Of a stretch of DNA of 64,000 nucleotides, positions 52,001-59,894 are shown piece after piece. Position 1 is the stretch's first letter; the number at the start of each line of letters is the position of its first letter. The DNA lies in the NCBI GenBank assembly GCA_044892505.1, contig JBJFYY010000085.1:1-64000 (forward strand), read 5' to 3'. Under the pieces are notes generated by a model, which had not been told where the DNA came from, did no database searches, and saw only the letters and a program-made list of their open reading frames with translations. This stretch comes from Schmidtea nova. Lineage: Eukaryota. The position numbers were made by a program, and so were the translations under genes.

Positions 52001-53963
52001 AATCTTGCTTAGATGTAGGATCTTCTACTTTTTCAAAGATTTTCTTTTCATCATTTCTTGGGAATTCCAGTGCCTTGTGAAATGTAAATTTGTAAGGAAA
52101 TGGGTTCGGAAAATCTTGCTTAGATGTAGGATCTTCTACTTTTTCAAAGATTTTCTTTCCATCATTCTTTGGGATGACCGGTGCGTTGTGAAATGTAAAT
52201 TTGTATGGAAATAGAACCGGAAAATCTTGCTTAGATGTAGGATCTTCTACCTTTTCAAAGATTTTCTTTCCATCATTCTTTGGGATGACCGGTGCGTTGT
52301 GGAATGTAAATTTGGATGGAAATAGGTTCGGAAAATCTTGCTTAGATGTAGGATCTACTTTTTCAAAGATTTTCTTTTCATCATTTCTTGGGAATTCCAG
52401 TGCCTTGTGAAATGTAAATTTGTAAGGAAATAGGTTCGGAAAATCTTGCTTAGATGTAGGATCTTCTACTTTTTCAAAGATTTTCTTTCCATCATTCTTT
52501 GGGATGACCGGTGCGTTGTGGAATGTAAATTTGGATGGAAATAGGTTCGGAAAATCTTGCTTAGATGTAGGATCTTCTACTTTTTCAAAGATTTTCTTTT
52601 CATCATTTCTTGGGAATTCCAGTGCCTTGTGAAATGTAAATTTGTAAGGAAATGGGTTCGGAAAATCTTGCTTAGATGTAGGATCTTCTACTTTTTCAAA
52701 GATTTTCTTTCCATCATTCTTTGGGATGACCGGTGCGTTGTGGAATGTAAATTTGGATGGAAATAGGTTCGGAAAATCTTGCTTAGATGTAGGATCTACT
52801 TTTTCAAAGATTTTCTTTTCATCATTTCTTGGGAATTCCAGTGCCTTGTGAAATGTAAATTTGTAAGGAAATAGGTTCGGAAAATCTTGCTTAGCTGTAG
52901 GATCTTCTACTTTTTCAAAGATTTTCTTTTCATCATTTCTTGGGAATTCCAGTGCCTTGTGAAATGTAAATTTGTAAGGAAATGGGTTCGGAAAATCTTG
53001 CTTAGATGTAGGATCTTCTACTTTTTCAAAGATTTTCTTTCCATCATTCTTTGGGATGACCGGTGCGTTGTGAAATGTAAATTTGTATGGAAATAGAACC
53101 GGAAAATCTTGCTTAGATGTAGGATCTTCTACCTTTTCAAAGATTTTCTTTCCATCATTCTTTGGGATGACCGGTGCGTTGTGGAATGGAAATTTGGATG
53201 GAAATAGGTTCGGAAAATCTTGCTTAGATGTAGGATCTACTTTTTCAAAGATTTTCTTTTCATCATTTCTTGGGAATTCCAGTGCCTTGTGAAATGTAAA
53301 TTTGTAAGGAAATAGGTTCGGAAAATCTTGCTTAGATGTAGGATCTTCTACTTTTTCAAAGATTTTCTTTCCATCATTCTTTGGGATGACCGGTGCGTTG
53401 TGAAATGTAAATTTGTATGGAAATAGAACCGGAAAATCTTGCTTAGATGTAGGATCTTCTACCTTTTCAAAGATTTTCTTTCCATCATTCTTTGGGATGA
53501 CCGGTGCGTTGTGGAATGTAAATTTGTATGGATTATTTTCCGGAAAAACTTGCATTGGTGTAGGATCTTCTACTTTTTCAAAGATTTTCTTTTCATCATT
53601 TCTTGGGATTTCCAGTGTCTTCTGAAATGTAAATTTGTATGGATTATTCTCCGGAAAAACTTGCATTGGTGGAGGATCGTCATCTTTTTCAAAGATTTTC
53701 TTTCTATCATTCTTTGGGATTACCGGTGCTTTGTGGAATGGAAATTTGCATGGAAATTTCTCAGGAAGACCTTGCATTGGCGAGGGATATTTTATGTTAT
53801 TAAACCTTTCCTGATCAGAGTCTTTGGTAACAGAAGACATACTGAAATTTGCTTTACTGAATTGAAATTTATTTAACTTTTCTGTCTGATGAAAATTGAA
53901 TTTATTGCTGTTTGTTGAGAGGCTGGTTATATTTGTTTTGCAAGTTTGATACATGGTTTCCAA
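43038..53963 (-). CDS. Giant intronless 37-aa tandem-repeat protein (~3640 aa), unknown function
   Basis: Open frame of 10.9 kb; first ATG at 53954 (MYQTCK). About 60 unique residues, then about 97 units of 111 bp (some 108 bp), consensus KVEDPTSKQDFPN(P/L)FP(Y/S)KFTFH(NAPVIPKNDG/KALEFPRNDE)KKIFE. No signal peptide. Expression unknown. Confidence 0.7.
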   Translation of the reverse strand: METMYQTCKTNITSLSTNSNKFNFHQTEKLNKFQFSKANFSMSSVTKDSDQERFNNIKYPSPMQGLPEKFPCKFPFHKAPVIPKNDRKKIFEKDDDPPPMQVFPENNPYKFTFQKTLEIPRNDEKKIFEKVEDPTPMQVFPENNPYKFTFHNAPVIPKNDGKKIFEKVEDPTSKQDFPVLFPYKFTFHNAPVIPKNDGKKIFEKVEDPTSKQDFPNLFPYKFTFHKALEFPRNDEKKIFEKVDPTSKQDFPNLFPSKFPFHNAPVIPKNDGKKIFEKVEDPTSKQDFPVLFPYKFTFHNAPVIPKNDGKKIFEKVEDPTSKQDFPNPFPYKFTFHKALEFPRNDEKKIFEKVEDPTAKQDFPNLFPYKFTFHKALEFPRNDEKKIFEKVDPTSKQDFPNLFPSKFTFHNAPVIPKNDGKKIFEKVEDPTSKQDFPNPFPYKFTFHKALEFPRNDEKKIFEKVEDPTSKQDFPNLFPSKFTFHNAPVIPKNDGKKIFEKVEDPTSKQDFPNLFPYKFTFHKALEFPRNDEKKIFEKVDPTSKQDFPNLFPSKFTFHNAPVIPKNDGKKIFEKVEDPTSKQDFPVLFPYKFTFHNAPVIPKNDGKKIFEKVEDPTSKQDFPNPFPYKFTFHKALEFPRNDEKKIFEKVEDPTSKQDFPNLFPSKFTFHNAPVIPKNDGKKIFEKVEDPTSKQDFPNPFPYKFTFHKALEFPRNDEKKIFEKVEDPTSKQHFSNLFPSKFTFHNAPVIPKNDGKKIFEKVEDPTSKQDFPVLFPYKFTFHNAPVIPKNDGKKIFEKVEDPTSKQDFPNPFPYKFTFHKALEFPRNDEKKIFEKVEDPTSKQDFPNLFPYKFTFHKALEFPRNDEKKIFEKVDPTSKQDFPNLFPSKFTFHNAPVIPKNDGKKIFEKVEDPTSKQDFPNPFPYKFTFHKALEFPRNDEKKIFEKVEDPTSKQDFPNLFPSKFTFHNAPVIPKNDGKKIFEKVEDPTSKQDFPVLFPYKFTFHNAPVIPKNDGKKIFEKVEDPTSKQDFPNPFPYKFTFHKALEFPRNDEKKIFEKVEDPTSKQDFPNLFPSKFPFHNAPVIPKNDGKKIFEKVEDPTSKQDFPVLFPYKFTFHNAPVIPKNDGKKIFEKVEDPTSKQDFPNLFPYKFTFHKALEFPRNDEKKIFEKVDPTSKQDFPNLFPSKFPFHNAPVIPKNDGKKIFEKVEDPTSKQDFPVLFPYKFTFHNAPVIPKNDGKKIFEKVEDPTSKQDFLVLFPYKFTFHNAPVIPKNDGKKIFEKVEDPTSKQDFPNPFPYKFTFHKALEFPRNDEKKIFEKVEDPTSKQDFPNLFPFKFTFHNAPVIPKNDGKKFFEKVEDPTSKQDFPNPFPYKFTFHNAPVIPRNDEKKIFEKVEDPTSKQDFPNPFPYKFTFHKALEFPRNDEKKIFEKVEDPTSKQDFPNLFPSKFTFHNAPVIPKNDGKKIFEKVEDPTSKQDFPVLFPYKFTFHNAPVIPKNDGKKIFEKVEDPTSKQDFPNPFPYKFTFHKALEFPRNDEKKIFEKVEDPTSKQDFPNLFPSKFPFHNAPVIPKNDGKKIFEKVEDPTSKQDFPVLFPYKFTFHNAPVIPKNDGKKIFEKVEDPTSKQDFPNLFPYKFTFHKALEFPRNDEKKIFEKVDPTSKQDFPNLFPSKFPFQNAPVIPKNDGKKIFEKVEDPTSKQDFPVLFPYKFTFHNAPVIPKNDGKKIFEKVEDPTSKQDFPNPFPYKFTFHKALEFPRNDEKKIFEKVEDPTSKQDFSNLFPSKFTFHNAPVIPKNDGKKIFEKVEDPTSKQDFPNPFPYKFTFHKALEFPRNDEKKIFEKVEDPTSKQDFSNLFPSKFTFHNAPVIPKNDGKKIFEKVEDPTSKQDFLVLFPYKFTFHNAPVIPKNDGKKIFEKVEDPTSKQDFPNPFPYKFTFHKALEFPRNDEKKIFEKVEDPTSKQDFPNLFPFKFTFHNAPVIPKNDGKKFFEKVEDPTSKQDFPNPFPYKFTFHNAPVIPRNDGKKIFEKVEDPTSKQDFPNPFPYKFTFHKALEFPRNDEKKIFEKVEDPTSKQDFSNLFPSKFTFHNAPVIPKNDGKKIFEKVEDPTSKQDFPNPFPYKFTFHKALEFPRNDEKKIFEKVEDPTSKQDFPNLFPSKFTFHNAPVIPKNDGKKIFEKVEDPTSKQDFPVLFPYKFTFHNAPVIPKNDGKKIFEKVEDPTSKQDFPNPFPYKFTFHKALEFPRNDEKKIFEKVEDPTSKQDFPNLFPSKFPFHNAPVIPKNDGKKIFEKVEDPTSKQDFPVLFPYKFTFHNAPVIPKNDGKKIFEKVEDPTSKQDFPNLFPYKFTFHKALEFPRNDEKKIFEKVDPTSKQDFPNLFPSKFPFQNAPVIPKNDGKKIFEKVEDPTSKQDFPVLFPYKFTFHNAPVIPKNDGKKIFEKVEDPTSKQDFPNPFPYKFTFHKALEFPRNDEKKIFEKVEDPTSKQDFSNLFPSKFTFHNAPVIPKNDGKKIFEKVEDPTSKQDFPNPFPYKFTFHKALEFPRNDEKKIFEKVEDPTSKQDFPVLFPYKFTFHNAPVIPKNDGKKIFEKVEDPTSKQDFPNPFPYKFTFHKALEFPRNDEKKIFEKVDPTSKQDFPNLFPSKFPFQNAPVIPKNDGKKIFEKVEDPTSKQDFPVLFPYKFTFHNAPVIPKNDGKKIFEKVEDPTSKQDFPNPFPYKFTFHKALEFPRNDEKKVFEKVEDPTSKQDFSNLFPSKFTFHKAPVMPKNDGKKIFEKVEDPTSKQDFPNPFPYKFTFHKALEFPRNDEKKIFEKVEDPTSKQDFSNLFPSKFTFHNAPVIPKNDGKKIFEKVEDPTSKQDFLVLFPYKFTFHNAPVIPKNDGKKIFEKVEDPTSKQDFPNPFPYKFTFHKALEFPRNDEKKIFEKVEDPTSKQDFPNLFPFKFTFHNAPVIPKNDGKKFFEKVEDPTSKQDFPNPFPYKFTFHNAPVIPRNDEKKIFEKVEDPTSKQDFPNPFPYKFTFHKALEFPRNDEKKIFEKVEDPTSKQDFSNLFPSKFTFHNAPVIPKNDGKKIFEKVEDPTSKQDFPNPFPYKFTFHKALEFPRNDEKKIFEKVEDPTSKQDFPNLFPFKFTFHNAPVIPKNDGKKFFEKVEDPTSKQDFPNPFPYKFTFHNAPVIPRNDEKKIFEKVEDPTSKQDFPNPFPYKFTFHKALEFPRNDEKKIFEKVEDPTSKQDFSNLFPSKFTFHNAPVIPKNDGKKIFEKVEDPTSKQDFPNPFPYKFTFHKALEFPRNDEKKIFEKVEDPTSKQDFSNLFPSKFTFHNAPVIPKNDGKKIFEKVEDPTSKQDFLVLFPYKFTFHNAPVIPKNDGKKIFEKVEDPTSKQDFPNPFPYKFTFHKALEFPRNDEKKIFEKVEDPTSKQDFPNLFPFKFTFHNAPVIPKNDGKKFFEKVEDPTSKQDFPNPFPYKFTFHKALEFPRNDEKKIFEKVEDPTSKQDFPNPFPYKFTFHKALEFPRNDEKKIFEKVEDPTSKQDFPNPFPYKFTFHKALEFPRNDEKKIFEKVEDPTSKQDFPNLFPFKFTFHNAPVIPKNDGKKFFEKVEDPTSKQDFPNPFPYKFTFHKALEFPRNDEKKIFEKVEDPTSKQDFPNLFPSKFTFHNALVIPKNDGKIKNNNNKIK

Positions 53964-54740
53964 TTCTTTATGATTTGGGTCAGATTAAATATGAACAAAT
54001 TTATTGTATTAAATATTTTGTTTCCTTTTTTATTAAATTGCGTATTTGATTATATATGCGGAAATGCTCTTCACACGGCTTTGAATAAATATCTTCATTA
54101 CTAGATAAGTGGCATCGTAATCCTTTTCTTTGTATTTTTCATCTAGGCCAGGGGTGGACAAACCGCGACCAACACTGGAATATTTTCTGGCCCGTGAGTT
54201 GTAGTGGTCTAGAAAGTTGATATCGAAGATTTTCTCAAAGTATTAAAGGAACATGGTCTGCCTCAAACTTTCACTTTATTCAGTGATATTAGATTTTCAA
54301 CAGTTCATTTTAATGACGAGTTAACTCCAAAAACAATCAAAGGACTAATAATTGAAGCTTCAGAATGGTTTGGAAATCATGTACAGTGAAAATCGAACTT
54401 ATCATGATATAGGTGCTCAATTATCTTAAAATTGAGAAATTCCAAGTCAAAACAATTTGAATAATTTAACAATAAATGTTTTTCTCAAAACTTTATATTT
54501 TTGATAACTTTGTTGTGATATTGGCTGATTTGGCGTTTCTGAATTGTTTGAGTTTAATTTTTAATTTTACTTTAATTTACTTAAAAATATGGTGTTTGTT
54601 TTAATATTTCTTTGAGATTAAATACTTTTTTTCTGAAGTTTAAAAAATTGTTAAAACGTGTTAACATTCGTCATAATAAATGATTTCAAATAGTCGATTA
54701 ATAGTTATTTTTTTCTTTAGTCAAACTGTTTTTAAATTTC

Positions 54741-55260
54741 TTAGTGGATTTAATTCAAAAGCTGATTTAATCCAACATCAAAAAATGACGAGTATATTCA
54801 TTCGGATGATGTAGAATATTTAATGTTATCGATTGATCGTGCAAATTTTGTTGATGATCAGCCTAATGACGATTCACCAAAATCGATTGGTTTTGGTGTA
54901 ACTATCAGTGCTCCACACGTGCATGCAGTAGCACTTGAACAAATTCTGCCTAAGTTGAAGCCGGGTGCTGGAATTCTTGATATTGGTTCAGGTAGCGGAT
55001 GTTTAACTGCTTGTTTTATGAAAAAGCTTGGCAGCCAAGCAGTCGTTGTAGGAATTGATCACATTGAAGAACTTGTTCATAAATCTATTTTGAATATTAA
55101 TTAAATTCCGGAAAATAAAGAACTCGTATATACAGGCCATTTGCATTTAAAAATAGGTGATGGTAGAGAGGGGTATGAAGGTTTATCGCCTTATGATGCA
55201 ATTCATGTTGGAGCCGCATCTGAAATTATTCCTGAAAATTTAGTACGTCAACTGAAGGCA
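54741..55260 (+). pseudogene. PCMT1: Protein-L-isoaspartate O-methyltransferase pseudogene
   Basis: SPKSIGFGVTISAPHVHAVALE, LDIGSGSGCLTACF, VGIDHIEELV, GDGREGY...PYDAIHVGAA...LVRQLK. There is a 1-nt frameshift at ~54779, an in-frame TAA at 55102, and truncation after QLK. Confidence 0.9.
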
Positions 55261-55366
55261 TGCAACATGCTATGGCTGAGAAACCCACGAAATGAGTTTT
55301 ATCACATTTTTACACTATATAATTCTTTCATTATGGCCGTGTTGATATAAATATTCTAAAAAATTA

Positions 55367-55700
55367 ACCGATTCGTTCTTTTTTGAGATAGAAATTGTAA
55401 GCTTGATATTTTTTTACCGGCCATGATAAGAGATAACTTGCTTGACACTTCTAATTATGATCCGAATTACCCTTTTTACAGTGGGAACCTTGATTCTGTC
55501 ATTGGCAAGTTCAAAGACGAGAATAAAGGGCTTAAGTACTAGGAATAGGTGTTTCTTAGACCTAAACTTTATAGCCTTTTAGGTGATGACGAAACTAATA
55601 AAGCTAAGGGGGTAACATTGGAGGGTACTGACATAAAGCATCAGTCTTACCTAGATTGTTTTAATGATAACCAAATATTTTCTGTTCCTCAAACTATATA
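55367..55700 (+). mobile_element. Maverick/Polinton-type protein-primed DNA polymerase B remnant
   Basis: TDSFFFEIE (end of the DTDS motif), LDTSNY, VIGKFKDE, LRPKLYS, KAKGV, IKHQSYLDC; several stops and a frameshift. Confidence 0.75.
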
Positions 55701-56587
55701 AAGAGAAAAACACGAATTTTAAACAGAAGTTTGCGGAGAAGTATTACGGCAAGAATTTGCAACATACGTTTTATGACAGGAAATTATGAGAAATTGATCG
55801 AGATGAGTTTATTGAGAAATTGATTGTTGAAAATTTAGTGGAAGTTGATTATTGAGAATTTTATTAAATAGTTTGTTAAGCCGAATTTCAAGTCAAAGCA
55901 AAGAAAACAAATAGTTGGTTACCCATTATTAAATCAGTGGTTGATGATCGTTAGACAGAGATTATACACCAGTGCTATTCCTCAAATAAGTGTTGTAATA
56001 TGCACTGTATAATTGCCTCAGGTAATTAATTGAGTGTACCAGTGTAATTGTGAAATCAGTTGTGATAACAAAAAAATATCCCTGATGTAATTTCTATTCC
56101 ATTTATTAATAAGTACGCATTCGGAGTCAGAAATTTGATTGGTAATTTTTATACTTCACCAACAATACCAATATTAATTGAGATACAAACATTTGTTTGA
56201 AGTGAAAAATTGAAATATCATGAGATATTATTATTATTATTATTATTATCGTGTTAACTATTATTCTTATATTTAAACTTAGATATTATAATAAGAATGT
56301 TTATACCAACACGGCCATAATGAAAGAATTATATAGTGAAAATGTGATAAAACTCACGGGCCAGAAAATATTCCAGTGTTGGTCGCGGTTTGGCCACCCC
56401 TGGCCTAGATGAAAAATACAATGAAAAGGATTACGATGCCACTTATCTAGAAATGAAGATATTTATTCAAAGCCGTGTGAAGAGCATTTCCGCAAATATA
56501 ATCAAATACGCAATTTAATAAAAAAGGAAACAAAATATTTAATACAATAAATTTGTTCATATTTAATCTGACCCAAATCATTAAGAA

Positions 56588-59500
56588 TTGGAAACCATGT
56601 ATCAAACTTGCAAAACAAATATAACCAGCCTCTCAACAAACAGCAATAAATTCAATTTTCATCAGACAGAAAAGTTAAGTAAATTTCAATTCAGTAAAGC
56701 AAATATCAGTATGTCTTCTGTTACCAAAGACTCTGATCAGGAAAGGTTTAATAAAATAAAATATCCCTCGCCAATGCAAGGTCTTCCCGAGAAACTCACA
56801 TACAAATTTACAATTCACAAAGCACCAGAATTCCCAAAAAATGATAAAAAGAAATTGTTTCAAAAAGTAGACGATCCTCCACCAATGCAAGTTTTTCCGG
56901 AGAATAACCCATACAAGTTTACACTTCACAACGCACCGGTCATCCCAAAGAATGATGGAAAGAAAATCTTTGAAAAGGTAGAAGATCTTACATCTAAGCA
57001 AGATTTTCCGAACCCATTTCCATACAAATTTCCATTCCACAATGCACCGGTCATCCCAAAGAATGATAAAAAGAAACTCTTTGAAAAAGTAGAAGATCCT
57101 ACATCTAAGCAAGATTTTCCGAACCCATTTCCATACAAATTTACATTTCACAACGCACCGGTCATCACAAAGAATGATGGAAAGAAAATCTTTGAAAAAA
57201 TAGGAGATCCTACACCAATGCAAGTTTTTCCGGAGAATAAATCATACAAATTTACATTTCACAAGGCACCGGTCATCCCAAAGAATGATGGAAAGAAACT
57301 TTTTGAAAAAGTAGAAGATCCTACATCTAAGCAAGATTTTCCGAACCCATTTCCATACAAATTTACATTCCACAATGCACCGGTCATCCCAAAGAATGAT
57401 GGAAAGAAACTCTTTGAAAAAGTAGAAGATCCTACATCTAAGCAAGATTTTCCGGACCTATTTCCATACAAATTTACATTCCACAACGCACCGGTCATCC
57501 CAAAGAATGATGGAAAGAGACTCTTTGAAAAGGTAGATCCTACATCTAAGCAAGAATTTCCGAACCCATTTCCATACAAATTTACATTCCACAACGCATC
57601 GGTCATCCCAAAGAATGATGGAAAGAAACTCTTTGAAAAAGTAGAAGATCCTACATCTAAGCAAGATTTTCCGAACCCATTTCCATACAAATTTACATTC
57701 CACAACGCACCGGTCATCCCAAAGAATGATGGAAAGAAAATCTTTGAAAAAGTAGAAGATCCTACATCTAAGCAAGATTTTCCGCACCTATTTCCATACA
57801 AATTTACATTCCACAACGCACCGGTCATCCCAAAAAATGATGGAAAGAAAATCTTTGAAAAGGTAGGAGATCCTACACCAATGCAAGTTTTTCCGGAGAA
57901 TAAGACATACAAATTTACATTTCACAAGGCACTGGAATTCCCAAGAAATAATGATAAGAAAATCTTTGAAACGGTAGAAGATCCTAAACCTAAGCAAGAA
58001 TTTCCGAACCCATTTCCATACAAATTTACATTCCACAATGCACCGGTCATCCCAAAGAATGATGGAAAGAAACTCTTTGAAAAAGTAGAAGATCCTACAT
58101 CTAAGCAAGATTTTCCGAACCCATTTCCATACAAATTTACATTCCACAAGGCACCGGTCATGCCAAAGAATGATGGAAAGAAACTCTTTGAAAAAGTAGA
58201 AGATCCTACATCTAAGCAAGATTTTCCGAACCCATTTCCATACAAATTTACATTCCACAAGGCACCGGTCATGCCAAAGAATGATGGAAAGAAAATCTTT
58301 GAAAAAGTAGAAGATCCTACATCTAAGCAAGATTTTCCGAACCCATTTCCATACAAATTTACATTCCACAATGCACCGGTCATCCCAAAGAATGATGGAA
58401 AGAAACTCTTTGAAAAAGTAGAAGATCCTATATCTAAGCAAGAATTTCCGAACCCATTTCCATACAAATTTACATTCCACAATGCACCGGTCATCCCAAA
58501 GAATGATGGAAAGAATCTCTTTGAAAAAGTAGAAGATCCTACATCTAAGCAAGATTTTCCGAACCCATTTCCTTACAAATTTACATTCCACAATGCACCG
58601 GTCATCCCAAAGAATGATGGAAAGAAACTATTTGAAAAAGTAGAAGATCCTACATCTAAGCAAGATTTTCCGAACCCATTTCCTTACAAATTTACATTCC
58701 ACAATGCACCGGTCATCCCAAAGAATGATGGAAAGAAACTATTTGAAAAAGTAGAAGATCCTACATCTAAGCAAGATTTTCCGAACCCATTTCCATACAA
58801 ATTTACATTCCACAATGCACCGGTCATCCCAAAGAATGATGGAAAGAAACTCTTTGAAAAAGAAGAAGATCCTACACCTAAGCAAGATTTTCCGAACCCA
58901 TTTCCATACAAATTTACATTCCACAAGGCACCGGTCATCCCAAGAAATAATGATAAGAAAATCTTTGAAAAGGTAGAAGATCCTACACCTAAGCAAGAAT
59001 TTCCGAACCCATTTCCATACAAATTTACATTCCACAATGCACCGGTCATCCCAAAGAATGATGGAAAGAAACTCTTTGAAAAAGTAGAAGATCCTACATC
59101 TAAGCAAGATTTTCCGAACCCATTTCCATACAAATTTACATTCCACAAGGCACCGGTCATGCCAAAGAATGATGGAAAGAAACTCTTTGAAAAAGTAGAA
59201 GATCCTACATCTAAGCAAGATTTTCCGAACCCATTTCCATACAAATTTACATTCCACAAGGCACCGGTCATCCCAAGAAATAATGATAAGAAAATCTTTG
59301 AAAAGGTAGAAGATCCTACATCTAAGCAAGATTTTCCGAACACATTTCCATACAAATTTACATTCCACAATGCACCGGTCATCCCAAAGAATGATGGAAA
59401 GAAACTCTTTGAAAAAGTAGAAGATCCTACATCTAAGCAAGATTTTCCGAACCCATTTCCATACAAATTTACATTCCACAAGGCACCGGTCATGCCAAAG

Positions 59501-59893
59501 AATGATGGAAAGAAAATCTTTGAAAAAGTAGAAGATCCTACATCTAAGCTAGATTTTCCAAACCCATTTCCATACAAATTTACATTCCACAATGCACCGG
59601 TCATCCCAAAGAATGATGGAAAGAAACTCTTTGAAAAAGTAGAAGATCCTACATCTAAGCAAGATTTTCCGAACCCATTTCCATACAAATTTACATTCCA
59701 CAATGCACCGGTCATCCCAAAGAATGATGGAAAGAAAATCTTTGAAAAGGTAGAAGATCCTACATCTAAGCAAGAATTTCCGAACCCATTTCCATACAAA
59801 TTTACATTCCACAATGCACCGGTCATCCCAAAGAATGATGGAAAGAAACTCTTTGAAAAAGTAGAAAATCCTACATCTAAGCAAGAATTCTAA
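56588..59893 (+). CDS. Paralogous 37-aa tandem-repeat protein (~1100 aa), head-to-head with the 43038-53963 copy
   Basis: First ATG at 56597. The unique N-terminus is nearly identical to the left copy, followed by about 28 units dominated by PNPFPYKFTFHNAPVIPKNDGKKLFE; TAA at 59891-59893. Confidence 0.68.
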   Translation: METMYQTCKTNITSLSTNSNKFNFHQTEKLSKFQFSKANISMSSVTKDSDQERFNKIKYPSPMQGLPEKLTYKFTIHKAPEFPKNDKKKLFQKVDDPPPMQVFPENNPYKFTLHNAPVIPKNDGKKIFEKVEDLTSKQDFPNPFPYKFPFHNAPVIPKNDKKKLFEKVEDPTSKQDFPNPFPYKFTFHNAPVITKNDGKKIFEKIGDPTPMQVFPENKSYKFTFHKAPVIPKNDGKKLFEKVEDPTSKQDFPNPFPYKFTFHNAPVIPKNDGKKLFEKVEDPTSKQDFPDLFPYKFTFHNAPVIPKNDGKRLFEKVDPTSKQEFPNPFPYKFTFHNASVIPKNDGKKLFEKVEDPTSKQDFPNPFPYKFTFHNAPVIPKNDGKKIFEKVEDPTSKQDFPHLFPYKFTFHNAPVIPKNDGKKIFEKVGDPTPMQVFPENKTYKFTFHKALEFPRNNDKKIFETVEDPKPKQEFPNPFPYKFTFHNAPVIPKNDGKKLFEKVEDPTSKQDFPNPFPYKFTFHKAPVMPKNDGKKLFEKVEDPTSKQDFPNPFPYKFTFHKAPVMPKNDGKKIFEKVEDPTSKQDFPNPFPYKFTFHNAPVIPKNDGKKLFEKVEDPISKQEFPNPFPYKFTFHNAPVIPKNDGKNLFEKVEDPTSKQDFPNPFPYKFTFHNAPVIPKNDGKKLFEKVEDPTSKQDFPNPFPYKFTFHNAPVIPKNDGKKLFEKVEDPTSKQDFPNPFPYKFTFHNAPVIPKNDGKKLFEKEEDPTPKQDFPNPFPYKFTFHKAPVIPRNNDKKIFEKVEDPTPKQEFPNPFPYKFTFHNAPVIPKNDGKKLFEKVEDPTSKQDFPNPFPYKFTFHKAPVMPKNDGKKLFEKVEDPTSKQDFPNPFPYKFTFHKAPVIPRNNDKKIFEKVEDPTSKQDFPNTFPYKFTFHNAPVIPKNDGKKLFEKVEDPTSKQDFPNPFPYKFTFHKAPVMPKNDGKKIFEKVEDPTSKLDFPNPFPYKFTFHNAPVIPKNDGKKLFEKVEDPTSKQDFPNPFPYKFTFHNAPVIPKNDGKKIFEKVEDPTSKQEFPNPFPYKFTFHNAPVIPKNDGKKLFEKVENPTSKQEF

Positions 59894-59894
59894 T

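Larger units (their letters stand above)
54149..56402. repeat. Centre of a large inverted duplication; a hAT-like end is present in both arms
   Basis: 53964-54200 is the reverse complement of 56351-56587, and 55293-55357 continues the match to 56294-56356. Both arms contain CAGGGGTGG(A/C)CAAACCGCGACC, which resembles a hAT TIR. Confidence 0.85.

Noticed and set aside
43065-53790. CRISPR-like appearance of the regular repeats (also 2395-2479 and 32594-32905)
   Set aside because: No unique spacers, no cas genes, and a eukaryotic context.
43140-53876. Dozens of plus-strand ORFs (MLRCRIFYFF..., MYGNRTGK...)
   Set aside because: Antisense shadows of the 111-bp repeat; they recur with the unit period and rely on alternative starts.
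54149-56402. Pack-hAT element carrying PCMT
   Set aside because: The apparent TIRs come from the larger inverted duplication; the flanks are inverted, not a direct 8-bp TSD.
56675-59884. Long minus-strand ORFs up to 380 aa over the right array
   Set aside because: Shadows of a unit that happens to be stop-free in those frames; no unique N-terminus.
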